DNA of 61,938 nucleotides from a bacterium (GTDB lineage: Bacteria; Patescibacteriota; Minisyncoccia; Phycocordibacterales; Phycocordibacteraceae): the NCBI GenBank assembly GCA_021802705.1, contig JAJZRL010000005.1, positions 1 to 61,938 of the forward strand, written 5' to 3'. A program made the translations under genes and the position numbers. Of this stretch, positions 53,990 to 61,938 are shown piece after piece. The number at the start of each line of letters is the position of its first letter. Position 1 is the stretch's first letter. The notes beneath the pieces were generated by a model. It was not told the DNA's origin and did no database searches. It was given only the letters and a program-made list of their open reading frames with translations.

Positions 53990-55309
53990 TTACAGGTTAC
54001 GGAAACCGGAACCGAGCAGGAACTTCCATCCCTTCCCTCTTTCTTCCGGTACGAGAGCGAGGAGGTATATGCGCGAGACGGAAACCGCCGAGAGGAAGGA
54101 GGCGAGCACGCCGAGCATGAAGACGAGCGCGAAGCCTTGCACGATGCTCGTACCGAGCCAGAAGAGGATGACGCCCGAGATGAGCATCGTGAGATGGCCG
54201 TCGCGGATCGCCGTCCATGCGCGGGCGAAACCGACATGCACCGCCTCACGGGGAGTCTTGCCGTCTCGCAACTCTTCCTTGGTGCGCTCGAAGATAAGCA
54301 CGTTCGCGTCCACCGCCATGCCGACCGAGATGATAAGACCGGCGATACCCGACGCGGTGAGCGTGATCGGGATCACCTTGATGACGGCGAGCATGAAGGC
54401 GAGATATTCGGCAAGCGCAAGCGCGGCGACGACGCCCGGAAGGCGATACCAGCCGATCATGAAAAGCGCGACAAGCAGGAACCCGACGATACCGGCGACG
54501 ACGCCCGCCGCGATAGCCGCCGCGCCCAGGGTCGGCCCGACCGACGAGCTGCTCTCAAGCGTGATGGGAACGGGAAGCGCGCCGAAATTGAGATTGCGCA
54601 CGAGGTCGCGCGCTTCTGTCGCCGTGAATTGGCCGGTGATGGTCGCCTGCCCTCCCGGGATAGCTTCCTGGATGACCGGTTCTGATATCGGCTGTCCGTC
54701 GAGGAAAATGGCGAGCGTCCGTCCGACGTTTTCACTCGTTATCTTTTCGAAAAGCTTCGCACCCTCGCTATTGAAATTGAGGAGCACTTCCGGAGCGGCA
54801 AGACCAGCCGTCGCGCCGGAGCCGAACTGAAGCGAGGCGCTCGAGAGGAAGCGCCCGGTAAGGCCGGTCGGGACAAAGGTGACTTCGGTCGTCGTACCGA
54901 CGGTAGTCGTAGTCGCGAGCTTGAACTCGAGCGTCGGCGTTTTCCCGAGCGCCGCGACGGCAGCGTTGATGTCCGTCACTCCCGGCAGGTCGACGATGAG
55001 GCGGTCTTCGGTCGTTCCTGAAAGCGCATTCACTTCCTCGGTCTGGACAAGCGGTTCTGCGACGCCGAAAAGATTGACGCGGCGCTCGATGACGCCCTGC
55101 AGAGCCGAGAGCGCATCGGAGCGCTCGCTCGGAGGCGTTTGGCTCATGTCGGCCTTATAGACAAGCTCGGTACCGCCTGCAAGATCAAGCCCGAGCTTGA
55201 AGCGGTATGCGCTCGTCGGATCAGCCTGCGTCGTCCAGACGAAATAGGCAAGCAAAAGCCCCGCGATAAGGGCAATAAAGGCAAGCACTCGGAAACGAGT
55301 CATCGGCAT
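53990..55309 (-). CDS. secD: Protein translocase subunit SecD
   Basis: LGLDLAGGTELVY, IGPTLGAAAI and MAVDANVLIFERTKEE motifs. Start taken at the MPMTRF methionine. Confidence 0.9.
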   Translation of the reverse strand: MPMTRFRVLAFIALIAGLLLAYFVWTTQADPTSAYRFKLGLDLAGGTELVYKADMSQTPPSERSDALSALQGVIERRVNLFGVAEPLVQTEEVNALSGTTEDRLIVDLPGVTDINAAVAALGKTPTLEFKLATTTTVGTTTEVTFVPTGLTGRFLSSASLQFGSGATAGLAAPEVLLNFNSEGAKLFEKITSENVGRTLAIFLDGQPISEPVIQEAIPGGQATITGQFTATEARDLVRNLNFGALPVPITLESSSSVGPTLGAAAIAAGVVAGIVGFLLVALFMIGWYRLPGVVAALALAEYLAFMLAVIKVIPITLTASGIAGLIISVGMAVDANVLIFERTKEELRDGKTPREAVHVGFARAWTAIRDGHLTMLISGVILFWLGTSIVQGFALVFMLGVLASFLSAVSVSRIYLLALVPEERGKGWKFLLGSGFRNL

Positions 55310-55385
55310 GAGTATAGATGAAGTTCGGGAAAAACGAAACTCTTGCGCTCCACGCTTATCCGTTGCGATATAACCACAGCCCTGA

Positions 55386-56723
55386 TCAGGTTCCGGAAAA
55401 GGAGACAAGCGCCCGTATCGTCTTCAGCGCTATGGCGATATCAAGCCCGAACGAGCGGTGCTTGAGATAATAGAGGTCGAACGAGAGCTTCTTTTCCGTC
55501 CGTGCCACATCCGCTTGGCCGCGCGGCGCATCGTAGTCGTGGATCTGCGCCCACCCGGAGAGGCCGGGCGCGATAAGGTGCCGCAACCGATAGCCCGGGA
55601 TCTCGCGTTCATACACTTCCGCTATCTTCGGCAATTCCGGACGCGGACCGATGAACGAGAGGTCGCCGACCAGCACGTTCCAGAGCTGAGGCAATTCATC
55701 GATGCGTGTCTTCCGTAAAAACCGGCCGAGCGGGGTTACGCGATTCTTTTTCTGCAATTCCGGATCGCCATGATCGTTGAAAAGCATGGTGCGCAGCTTC
55801 ACGATACGGAAAACGCGCCCGTGCCGGCCGATGCGCGCATGCCGGATCCAAGGCGTTCCTCCCTCGAAAGAAAGAAGCGCGGAAGCGAGCGCGACAAACG
55901 GAGCGGCAATGAGCGCTCCGACGAGCGCGAGCGCGATGTCGAACGCGCGTTTAGCGATATCGTACGGCGTGCGGCGCTTTGAAAGAGAGTCGAACAGCTG
56001 GACGGCGACCAGGTGCGCTAAGGGTACCCGATCGAATATCTCCTCATACAGGGATGCGAACTCGAGAAACACGACGCCTCGCTCCATAAAGGCGTAAAGC
56101 CCGGACAGATTACGGATTACGACAGGATCGGACGTGTCGATGACGACGATAACGCCGCCGTTACCGGCTCTCGATGAAAGCGCGTCAAGGAGGGCCTGCT
56201 CGGAACAATCCTTCGTTTCCACATGCCCCGCGAACCGGATAAGGTAGCGGCCGTTGCCGTTCACTTCGTCATAGAGCTCGTCGACGGCGGCGCCGGACCC
56301 TATGAGGAGCGCCGGGACGCGCTTACCGTCTCGTATCTCGTAGTGCATGCGGTAGAAACGCCACGCGCTTTCGGCCGCTACCGATACGGCGAGATAGAGC
56401 ACGAGGATGGTCTTCGGCGCGATAGAGAGCGGAAGGACGAAGAAGAGCACCGCGGCTATCGTCACCGTCGCGGCCTGCGCCCAGAAGATACGCGTACCCA
56501 TGACGCGCCGGGTCGGCCGGGTCTGCTTCTCGTAAAGGCCGGCAACGTAGAAGATGAACAAGGATATGCCGAACATCGGCAAAAACGGCACCAGATTCAA
56601 CTCGAAATAACCGAGCGCTGGCACGGCCATAGCACGCAGGAAAAGCGCGGTCCATAAGGACATGACGAGTATGAGGAAGTCTCCCGTAAGGAGGAGCATC
56701 GTTTCGCGCCGGTCGAATGCCAT
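55386..56723 (-). CDS. Polyprenyl-phosphate glycosyl-1-phosphate transferase (WbaP/bacterial sugar transferase family)
   Basis: KRAFDIALALVGALIAAPF...RIVKLRTM...DELPQLWNVLVGDLSFIGPRP. Confidence 0.85.
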   Translation of the reverse strand: MAFDRRETMLLLTGDFLILVMSLWTALFLRAMAVPALGYFELNLVPFLPMFGISLFIFYVAGLYEKQTRPTRRVMGTRIFWAQAATVTIAAVLFFVLPLSIAPKTILVLYLAVSVAAESAWRFYRMHYEIRDGKRVPALLIGSGAAVDELYDEVNGNGRYLIRFAGHVETKDCSEQALLDALSSRAGNGGVIVVIDTSDPVVIRNLSGLYAFMERGVVFLEFASLYEEIFDRVPLAHLVAVQLFDSLSKRRTPYDIAKRAFDIALALVGALIAAPFVALASALLSFEGGTPWIRHARIGRHGRVFRIVKLRTMLFNDHGDPELQKKNRVTPLGRFLRKTRIDELPQLWNVLVGDLSFIGPRPELPKIAEVYEREIPGYRLRHLIAPGLSGWAQIHDYDAPRGQADVARTEKKLSFDLYYLKHRSFGLDIAIALKTIRALVSFSGT

Positions 56724-56769
56724 GATTACGGAATACTATACCGCGGAAATATGTTGTACAGTTGCGCGT

Positions 56770-57930
56770 ATGGACCACCTTGACGGCAAGAAAATACTTT
56801 TCGTCATAACGAAATCGAATTGGGGCGGCGCGCAGCAATACGTCTTCACGCTCGCCACCCGCTTCAAAGAAGCCGGCGCGGACGTCGTCGTTGCGCTCGG
56901 CGGAACGGGGAAAGAAGGGGCTTCGGCCGGCCTCCTCGACGAGCGCCTCAGGGAAGCCGGTATACGAACCGTCTTCCTGCCCGCCTTCGCGCGCGACATC
57001 GGCATAGGACGCGAGTTCTCCGCGTTCCTGCAATTACTGCGCGTGCTGCGCGACGAGAAGCCCGACATCCTCCACCTCAACAGCTCGAAAGCCGGCGGCC
57101 TCGGTGCGCTTGCCGGACGCATCCGGCACGTCCGCAGGATCGTATTCACGGCGCACGGCTTCGCCCATCGGGAACAGCGCCCGTTCCATGAGCGCGGCAT
57201 GATCTGGATCGCGTCGTGGCTCACGGCGATGCTCTCTCACTGCGTCATCGTCGTTTCGGAAGACGACCTGCGTCATGCGCCCGTATTCTTTTCGCGCAAG
57301 AACATGCACATTATCCGGAACGGGATAAGCCCCTTCCCTCTCATGCCGCGAAAGGAAGCGCGCGCGGCGCTTGCCGCGCGCGCTTCCGGCGTATCGTCCT
57401 ATCCTTTCTGGTTCCTCACGCTTTCCGAATTGCACCCGAACAAAGGATTGGATACGCTCATACGCGCTTTTACGGAAATCGCGAACAAGACCGCCGACAC
57501 CGCGCTTATTTTCGTGCACGACGGGCAATCGCGCGAAGAGCTCGAAGCGCTCGCTCGTGCACAGGGCCACGCGAATCGGATATTCTTCTGCGGCTTTTTC
57601 CCGGAGGCGCGGAAGCTGCTCTGCGCCGCCGACGTATTCGTGCTTCCTTCAAGAAAGGAAGGCCTCCCTTTCGCGATCCTTGAAGCCGGCATGGCGAGAG
57701 TACCGGTCGTCGCTGCCCGCGTCGGCGCCGTAGCGGAAGTGATCGAAGACGAGGCATCCGGACTCTTGTTCCCGAGCGGGAATGTGGAGCTCCTCACCGA
57801 AGCGCTCTTCCGCATGCGGAGCGACGAGGCGCTTCGCAGCCGCACGGGGAACGCGCTTCACGCCCGTGTCGTCCGCGACTTTTCCGAAGAAGCGATGCTT
57901 AAGAAAACCGCCGAGGCGTATCGCCGTTAG
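56770..57930 (+). CDS. Glycosyltransferase family 4
   Basis: Start at MDHLDGKKILFVITKSNWGGAQQYV. SRKEGLPFAILEAGMARVPVVAARVG motif. Confidence 0.8.
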   Translation: MDHLDGKKILFVITKSNWGGAQQYVFTLATRFKEAGADVVVALGGTGKEGASAGLLDERLREAGIRTVFLPAFARDIGIGREFSAFLQLLRVLRDEKPDILHLNSSKAGGLGALAGRIRHVRRIVFTAHGFAHREQRPFHERGMIWIASWLTAMLSHCVIVVSEDDLRHAPVFFSRKNMHIIRNGISPFPLMPRKEARAALAARASGVSSYPFWFLTLSELHPNKGLDTLIRAFTEIANKTADTALIFVHDGQSREELEALARAQGHANRIFFCGFFPEARKLLCAADVFVLPSRKEGLPFAILEAGMARVPVVAARVGAVAEVIEDEASGLLFPSGNVELLTEALFRMRSDEALRSRTGNALHARVVRDFSEEAMLKKTAEAYRR

Positions 57931-59057
57931 CCGCCGACGTATTCGTTCGCGATCATGTCGCGCGGCGTATGGCGGCTATAGCGCGCAAGCGACGTAACGA
58001 TACCGAGCGCGCCAAACTCAAGCACGAGATGCGAACCACCTGAGCTCATGAACGGTATCGTCGTTCCGGTTACCGGCAAAAGCCCGAGACTGATGCCGGC
58101 GTGTATCACGACGTGCGCCGCAAACAGCATGAGTACGCCGAGCGTGAAAAACGTATCGAAATTGGTCGACGCAGCGTGCGCAATCTGTATGAGCCGCGCG
58201 AAAAGAAGCGCGTACATGGCGAGAAGCAGAAAGACGCCGACAAATCCCCATTCTTCGGCGAACGCCGCAAAAATGAAGTCCGTCTGGTATTCGGGAAGGA
58301 AACGGAGCTTCGATTGCGTGCCATATCCGATGCCTTTCCCGAAAAGCTCGCCCGAGCCGACGGCAATCTTCGCCTGGTACGCGTTATATCCGGCACCATG
58401 GATGTTGGCAGCGGGGTTCACGAACGAGACGATCCGTTCGCGCTGATAGGGTTTCAGTCCTCCGAACCAGAGCGTCGTCGCCGTGATAAGCGCGATGAGG
58501 CCGAGGATGGCGAGATGCTTCTTCGAGATGCCGGAGACGAGCATCATGCCGAGCCAGATACTGCAAAAAATGATGGTGTTCCCCATGTCCGGTTCGACGA
58601 GGATGAGCAGGGCGAGAGCAAGCGTGTAGGCGCCGGAAATGATGATGTGCCGGAAATCGCCGATCTCGACGTGCCGGCGTGAAAGGTACTTCGCCAAAAG
58701 CGCGATGATCGCGAGTTTCGCGAGATCGGCCGGCTGGAATGATACGGGGCCGAGCGAGAACCACGCGCGCGCGCCAAGCACCGGATGCGCGATCACAAGC
58801 ACGAGCGCGAGCAGCACAAACGAGAGCGCATAGAGCGACATCACGAAGGGCGTACGGCGGATGAAACGCATGTCGAACGCGGAGAGCACGATATAGACGA
58901 CGGTCGAAAGGGCGAGCCAGACAAGCTGCCGCGGCGCGAGCGATGCTCCTTGCCCGAACGTGCTCATCGTGAGGATGCCGAGGAACGAAAGCGTGAGCGC
59001 CGGAAGAAGCAGCGTCCAGTCGAGAGGAAACGCACGGACAGGCGGCACGCCGGCCAT
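57927..59057 (-). CDS. SEDS-family peptidoglycan polymerase (FtsW/RodA)
   Basis: 376 aa, 10 TM. FQPADLAKLAII, PDMGNTIIF and EEWGFVGV motifs. Confidence 0.85.
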   Translation of the reverse strand: MAGVPPVRAFPLDWTLLLPALTLSFLGILTMSTFGQGASLAPRQLVWLALSTVVYIVLSAFDMRFIRRTPFVMSLYALSFVLLALVLVIAHPVLGARAWFSLGPVSFQPADLAKLAIIALLAKYLSRRHVEIGDFRHIIISGAYTLALALLILVEPDMGNTIIFCSIWLGMMLVSGISKKHLAILGLIALITATTLWFGGLKPYQRERIVSFVNPAANIHGAGYNAYQAKIAVGSGELFGKGIGYGTQSKLRFLPEYQTDFIFAAFAEEWGFVGVFLLLAMYALLFARLIQIAHAASTNFDTFFTLGVLMLFAAHVVIHAGISLGLLPVTGTTIPFMSSGGSHLVLEFGALGIVTSLARYSRHTPRDMIANEYVGG

Positions 59058-59058
59058 A

Positions 59059-59829
59059 TCAGGAGGGCGACGGGAGCGGTATGACCGGTATGACCTCTAC
59101 CGAAACGGGAGTCTCGGAAAACGGGCTGTTCCACGTGAAGATACCGGTTGCGCTGCCTTGCGATGGAATGACCGGCACGATTGTTTGCGATGCCGCGATG
59201 ATGTTTCCGCTTACGCCATGCACGAAGACGATCGCGCGCACGTTCGTCAGGTCGGCGACGCTCGGGTTCATGAAGACCGCTTCGACGCGCGGTGCAGACG
59301 GAGATCCGCCGATACTCGTCTTCGTCACGCTCGGTATGACGCGCGGATCGGTCATCATGGCAAACCACCGCGGAGACGATGACGCAATATCGAGAAAGGC
59401 GCTCGTGACCGGCTCTCCGTAGAAGACTCCCGGGACATAGACCGGCACGGTCGCACCCGGGGGCAGATCAAGAGTGCCCGGTACCTCCTTAAGGAGAGCC
59501 TCTCCGGCGCCATAGAGCATGATGGTGAAAGGGATATTCTGCGCTGCTGCGTCCGCATTCTTATTTTCAACCGACGCGATGACATCGGTGCGTCCGGAAC
59601 CGTCCGAAAGCGCCTGCGTAAACAAAACGGTCGGCGGCTGCTCTTGCGCGGTACAGAGATACGGACACGGGCCGCCGCAATCGATACCCGCCTCTCCCTG
59701 GTTTTGGATGTGGTCGGTGCATGACGGAGCACGATAGAAAAGCAAAGAAAACACGAAGGATGAAAACGCAATGACGATGAGGCCCAGTATGACCAGGATT
59801 ACGAGCCTCCTTCTTGCCGCCCATGACAT
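59059..59829 (-). CDS. Membrane-anchored protein with an N-terminal CxD-x9-GIDCGGPCPYLC motif
   Basis: Start at MSWAARRRLVILVILGLIVIAF (ATG 59829, with TATACT 6 nt upstream). The longer track ORF runs into the tRNA-like element. Confidence 0.55.
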   Translation of the reverse strand: MSWAARRRLVILVILGLIVIAFSSFVFSLLFYRAPSCTDHIQNQGEAGIDCGGPCPYLCTAQEQPPTVLFTQALSDGSGRTDVIASVENKNADAAAQNIPFTIMLYGAGEALLKEVPGTLDLPPGATVPVYVPGVFYGEPVTSAFLDIASSSPRWFAMMTDPRVIPSVTKTSIGGSPSAPRVEAVFMNPSVADLTNVRAIVFVHGVSGNIIAASQTIVPVIPSQGSATGIFTWNSPFSETPVSVEVIPVIPLPSPS

Positions 59830-59876
59830 GCCTGTAGTATACAGGTGCGCGGTCAGCCGTAAAAATGGACAGGGTG

Positions 59877-59907
59877 AAAAAAATTCCGCCGCGCAAACGC
59901 GGCGGAA
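59877..59907 (-). terminator. Rho-independent terminator ending the 23S-5S unit
   Basis: The minus strand has a ttccgccgcg-tttg-cgcggcggaa hairpin (10 bp) followed by seven U. Confidence 0.6.
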
Positions 59908-59913
59908 GAAAGG

Positions 59914-60031
59914 TCGGGGTGGTCGGATTCGAACCGACGTCCTCCGAGGACTTGTGCTTGCCAGAGATATCCAGTCCTGCAAGGCTACTCGGTGCTCTTC
60001 ATGTTTCCATGTCCGCTGAGCTACACCCACG
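59914..60031 (-). ncRNA. Aberrant 118-nt tRNA-like element downstream of the 5S
   Basis: Canonical T arm GTCGG-TTCGAAT-CCGAC. D-arm signature TAGCTCAGCGG...GAGC with a 13-nt hairpin insert. Acceptor CG(T)GGGTG/CACCCCG with one bulge. A 39-nt segment sits where a 7-nt anticodon loop should be, and no anticodon can be assigned. Confidence 0.4.
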
Positions 60032-60099
60032 AAACGAGTGAGTACATGTCTCCATACACTCACGACACTCACGAATGAGGAACGACTATTCGAGTGTTC

Positions 60100-60218
60100 G
60101 GTTCTGGCGGCTAGCTACTCTCCCCATCTGTAACGATGAGTACCATCGCCGCTAGGAGGCTTGACTGCCGAGTTCGGAATGAGATCGGGTATGACCCTCC
60201 CGCCAAACCACCAGAACC
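60100..60218 (-). rRNA. rrf: 5S rRNA
   Basis: The minus strand reads GGTTCTGGTGG...CCGAACTCGGCAGTCAAGC...GATGGTACT...GAGAGTAGCTAGCCGCCAGAACC. Length 119 nt. Confidence 0.9.
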
Positions 60219-60527
60219 GAACACTCGAAGTGTCGGGAACAAACGAATACGCATACGGTATGCAAACACTAAGTATGACTGTGCTACACAGAGTTCCGCA
60301 CGAGAGACTGGGCGTATTAGTACTCCTCGGCTCAACGCCTCACGACGCTTCCACCTAGAGCCTATCAACCTTGTCATCTTCAAGGGGCCTCATAACGATT
60401 CCTAATCTTGGAGCACGTTTCCCGCTTATATGCTTTCAGCGGTTATCGTCACCCGACATAGCTACTGAGCGGTGCCGCTGGCGCGACAGCTCATAGACCA
60501 GAGGTCAGTTCATCCCGGTCCTCTCGT

Positions 60528-60898
60528 CGCAATTAACTGGACAATTAACCAGTTAAAGATTCCCCTATTTCTAGGAGCGCAGACTATATCTTCATCCTTC
60601 TCCGCTGTCGAAGTTAGGATGATGGCATTTTACCCAATAGGAGCAGTCATTTTCTAAGAAATGATTCCTCAACCTATGAGTCTAGGTATCTTTCAACCTA
60701 AGTCGTTACGGGGTCAACCAAAACATTTCTATTTTTGGCGACTTCCCACGGTATTACCATAGTAGCATTCTAGTCCTCAAGCGAGTTTGATATCCACTGG
60801 ACCGTCGGATACCAACCTCTAAAACCAGACGCACCGTAGGCTTCACCGTTATAAGCCATGTTGTCATCAGAGATCTCTCTCTGAAGTAGCAATTTCTT
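60528..60898 (-). mobile_element. ORF-less group I-like intron (371 nt) inside the sarcin-ricin loop sequence of the 23S
   Basis: The flanks join to CCCUAGU|ACGAGAGGACCGG. The exon ends in U and pairs with intron GCUA (U-G). The intron ends in G. It contains AAGAUAUAGUC, an S-element-like motif. Confidence 0.75.
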
Positions 60899-60961
60899 AC
60901 TAGGGACAACCCTCCTCAAGAATCAACGCCTGTAGTAGATAGGAGACCAACCTGTCTCACG

Positions 60962-61219
60962 CATCTTGTTTTAGCCCCGATTACTCGGGGGATCGGACTG
61001 TAACACCATCGGTTCTCGATGACCAACATTCAGTCTCTCGGGGCAGCCCCGTTTTAAACGGGACATTCCCTCGGTATCGCCCTCTCGTACACAACGAGGT
61101 CGGGTTTTACCGATATCAGTTGATTTGTTTCGCGCGTATTCCTACGCACGACCGCCGTGAATTGTCTTTTCCTCGTGGGTTCAAACCGTGGAATGGCCGA
61201 TGACTGCATCAGCCGCTCT
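60962..61219 (-). mobile_element. ORF-less insertion (258 nt) in the 23S between GGGUUCAAACCGU and CGUGAGACAG
   Basis: The flanks join to a sequence colinear with E. coli GGGUUUAGAACGUCGUGAGACAG. The exon ends in U and the insertion ends in G. The insertion carries a 13-nt perfect complement of the upstream exon end. Confidence 0.6.
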
Positions 61220-61880
61220 ACGGTTTGAACCCAGCTCGCGTACCTTTTTAATTGGCGAACAGCCAAACGCTTGGGAGCTTCTCCACCCCCGCGCTAAGGT
61301 GAGCCGACATCGAGGTGCCGAACTCCGCCGTCGCTATGGACGCTTGGGCGGAACTAGCCTGTTATCCCCAGGGTAACTTATATCCGTTAATCTCTGGCCG
61401 CATCTAAGGCGAACCATCGGTTCACTATGCTCTGCTTTCGCATCTGCTCGGGATGTACCCCTCGCAGTTAAGCCCTCTTTTGCCATTACACTATCGGCAC
61501 GGTTTCCATTCGCGCCTAGAGAACCTTAATAGACTCCTCCGTTACTTTTTAGGAGGATAGCGCCCCACCAAAACTACCCGCCACGCACGGTCCCCCGTTG
61601 GATCCCAACGGGGTTAGACATTGCACACAACAAGATGGGTATTTCACTGACGGATCCACACCAGCCGAAACCGATGCTTCAAATCCTCCCCACTATGCTA
61701 CGCATGCAGCACGCAATGCCAATACGAAGCTGTAGTAAAGCTCCTGGGGTCTTTTCGTCTAACTACAGGTATCCGGCATCTTCACCGGAAGTGCATTTTC
61801 ACCGAGCGAGTCCTCGAGACAGTTTCCCACTCATTACACCATTCGTGCACGTCGGAACTTACCCGACAAGGAATTACGCT

Positions 61881-61938
61881 CAAGTGTTCCTTAAACTTGG
61901 ATCATATCTTCTCCCATTACACACTGCGAGAGCGTGTC
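61881..61938 (-). mobile_element. Probable 3' end of a further 23S insertion that runs off the window
   Basis: The conserved AGCGUAAUUCCUUGUCGGG begins at 61880. The sequence upstream in RNA sense (61881-61938) does not match the expected CCUAAGGU context, and its last nucleotide is G. Confidence 0.4.

Larger units (their letters stand above)
60295..61938 (-). rRNA. rrl: 23S rRNA, 3' part (5' part lies outside the window), interrupted by insertions (exons about 60295-60527, 60899-60961, 61220-61880)
   Basis: Minus-strand landmarks: GTAAGTTCCGAC.TGCACGAATGG, GACGAAAAGACCCC, GGGATAACAGGC, GATGTCGGCTCA, GGTACGCGAGCTGGGTT, CGTGAGACAGGTTGGTC, CTAGT/ACGAGAGGACCGG, GCTGAAAGCATATAAGC, GGTTGATAGGC. 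The 3' end is approximate. Confidence 0.9.

Noticed and set aside
53986-54249. N-terminal extensions of the secF (to 54249), secD (to 55408), 59059..60072 and several other track ORFs that open at GTG/TTG
   Set aside because: The extensions overlap the upstream gene or the tRNA-like element and are low-complexity. The conserved proteins begin at internal ATGs.
60111-61376. Tracked ORFs over the 5S, 23S and their insertions (60111-60383, 60136-60405, 60472-60657, 61054-61266, 61188-61376)
   Set aside because: They overlap rRNA exons or short intron cores and carry no protein motifs. I treat the two complete 23S insertions as ORF-less.

Overview
This is a high-GC window (spot counts about 60-65 % G+C) with almost all genes on the minus strand. 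Its content looks like a Candidate Phyla Radiation / Parcubacteria-type bacterium; that placement is inferred from gene content and rRNA architecture, not from a search. Housekeeping genes are gatB, obg, secA, murB, murC, murD, rsmI, a pyrH-like kinase, secD, secF and a SEDS protein. A large envelope-glycan locus carries a Wzx flippase, two Wzy_C/O-antigen-ligase-TPR fusions, a GT-C-like membrane transferase, about ten GT-B glycosyltransferases, two methyltransferases, a deacetylase and a WbaP-like initiating transferase. Two type II toxin-antitoxin modules and a low-GC two-gene insert sit inside that locus. There are several giant or secreted repeat proteins; one runs off the left edge and is absent from the ORF track. 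A ComEA-like DNA receptor lies next to a soluble TraD/VirD4-like ATPase. The most unusual content is the rRNA. The 16S gene spans about 3.8 kb and is split by three insertions, each encoding a LAGLIDADG endonuclease. It is followed by tRNA-Ile but is about 10.6 kb from the 23S-5S unit. The 23S 3' part carries two complete ORF-less insertions, one inside the sarcin-ricin loop, and probably a third at the window edge. Two 16S insertions and the sarcin-ricin-loop (SRL) insertion show group I hallmarks, and one 16S intron and one 23S intron share identical 17-mers. The 16S 3' tail reads UAUCC where the CCUCC anti-Shine-Dalgarno is expected. Many operon-leading genes carry a TATACT/TATAGT box 6-10 nt before the ATG and no SD. 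All family calls are from motif recognition by eye; no searches were run.
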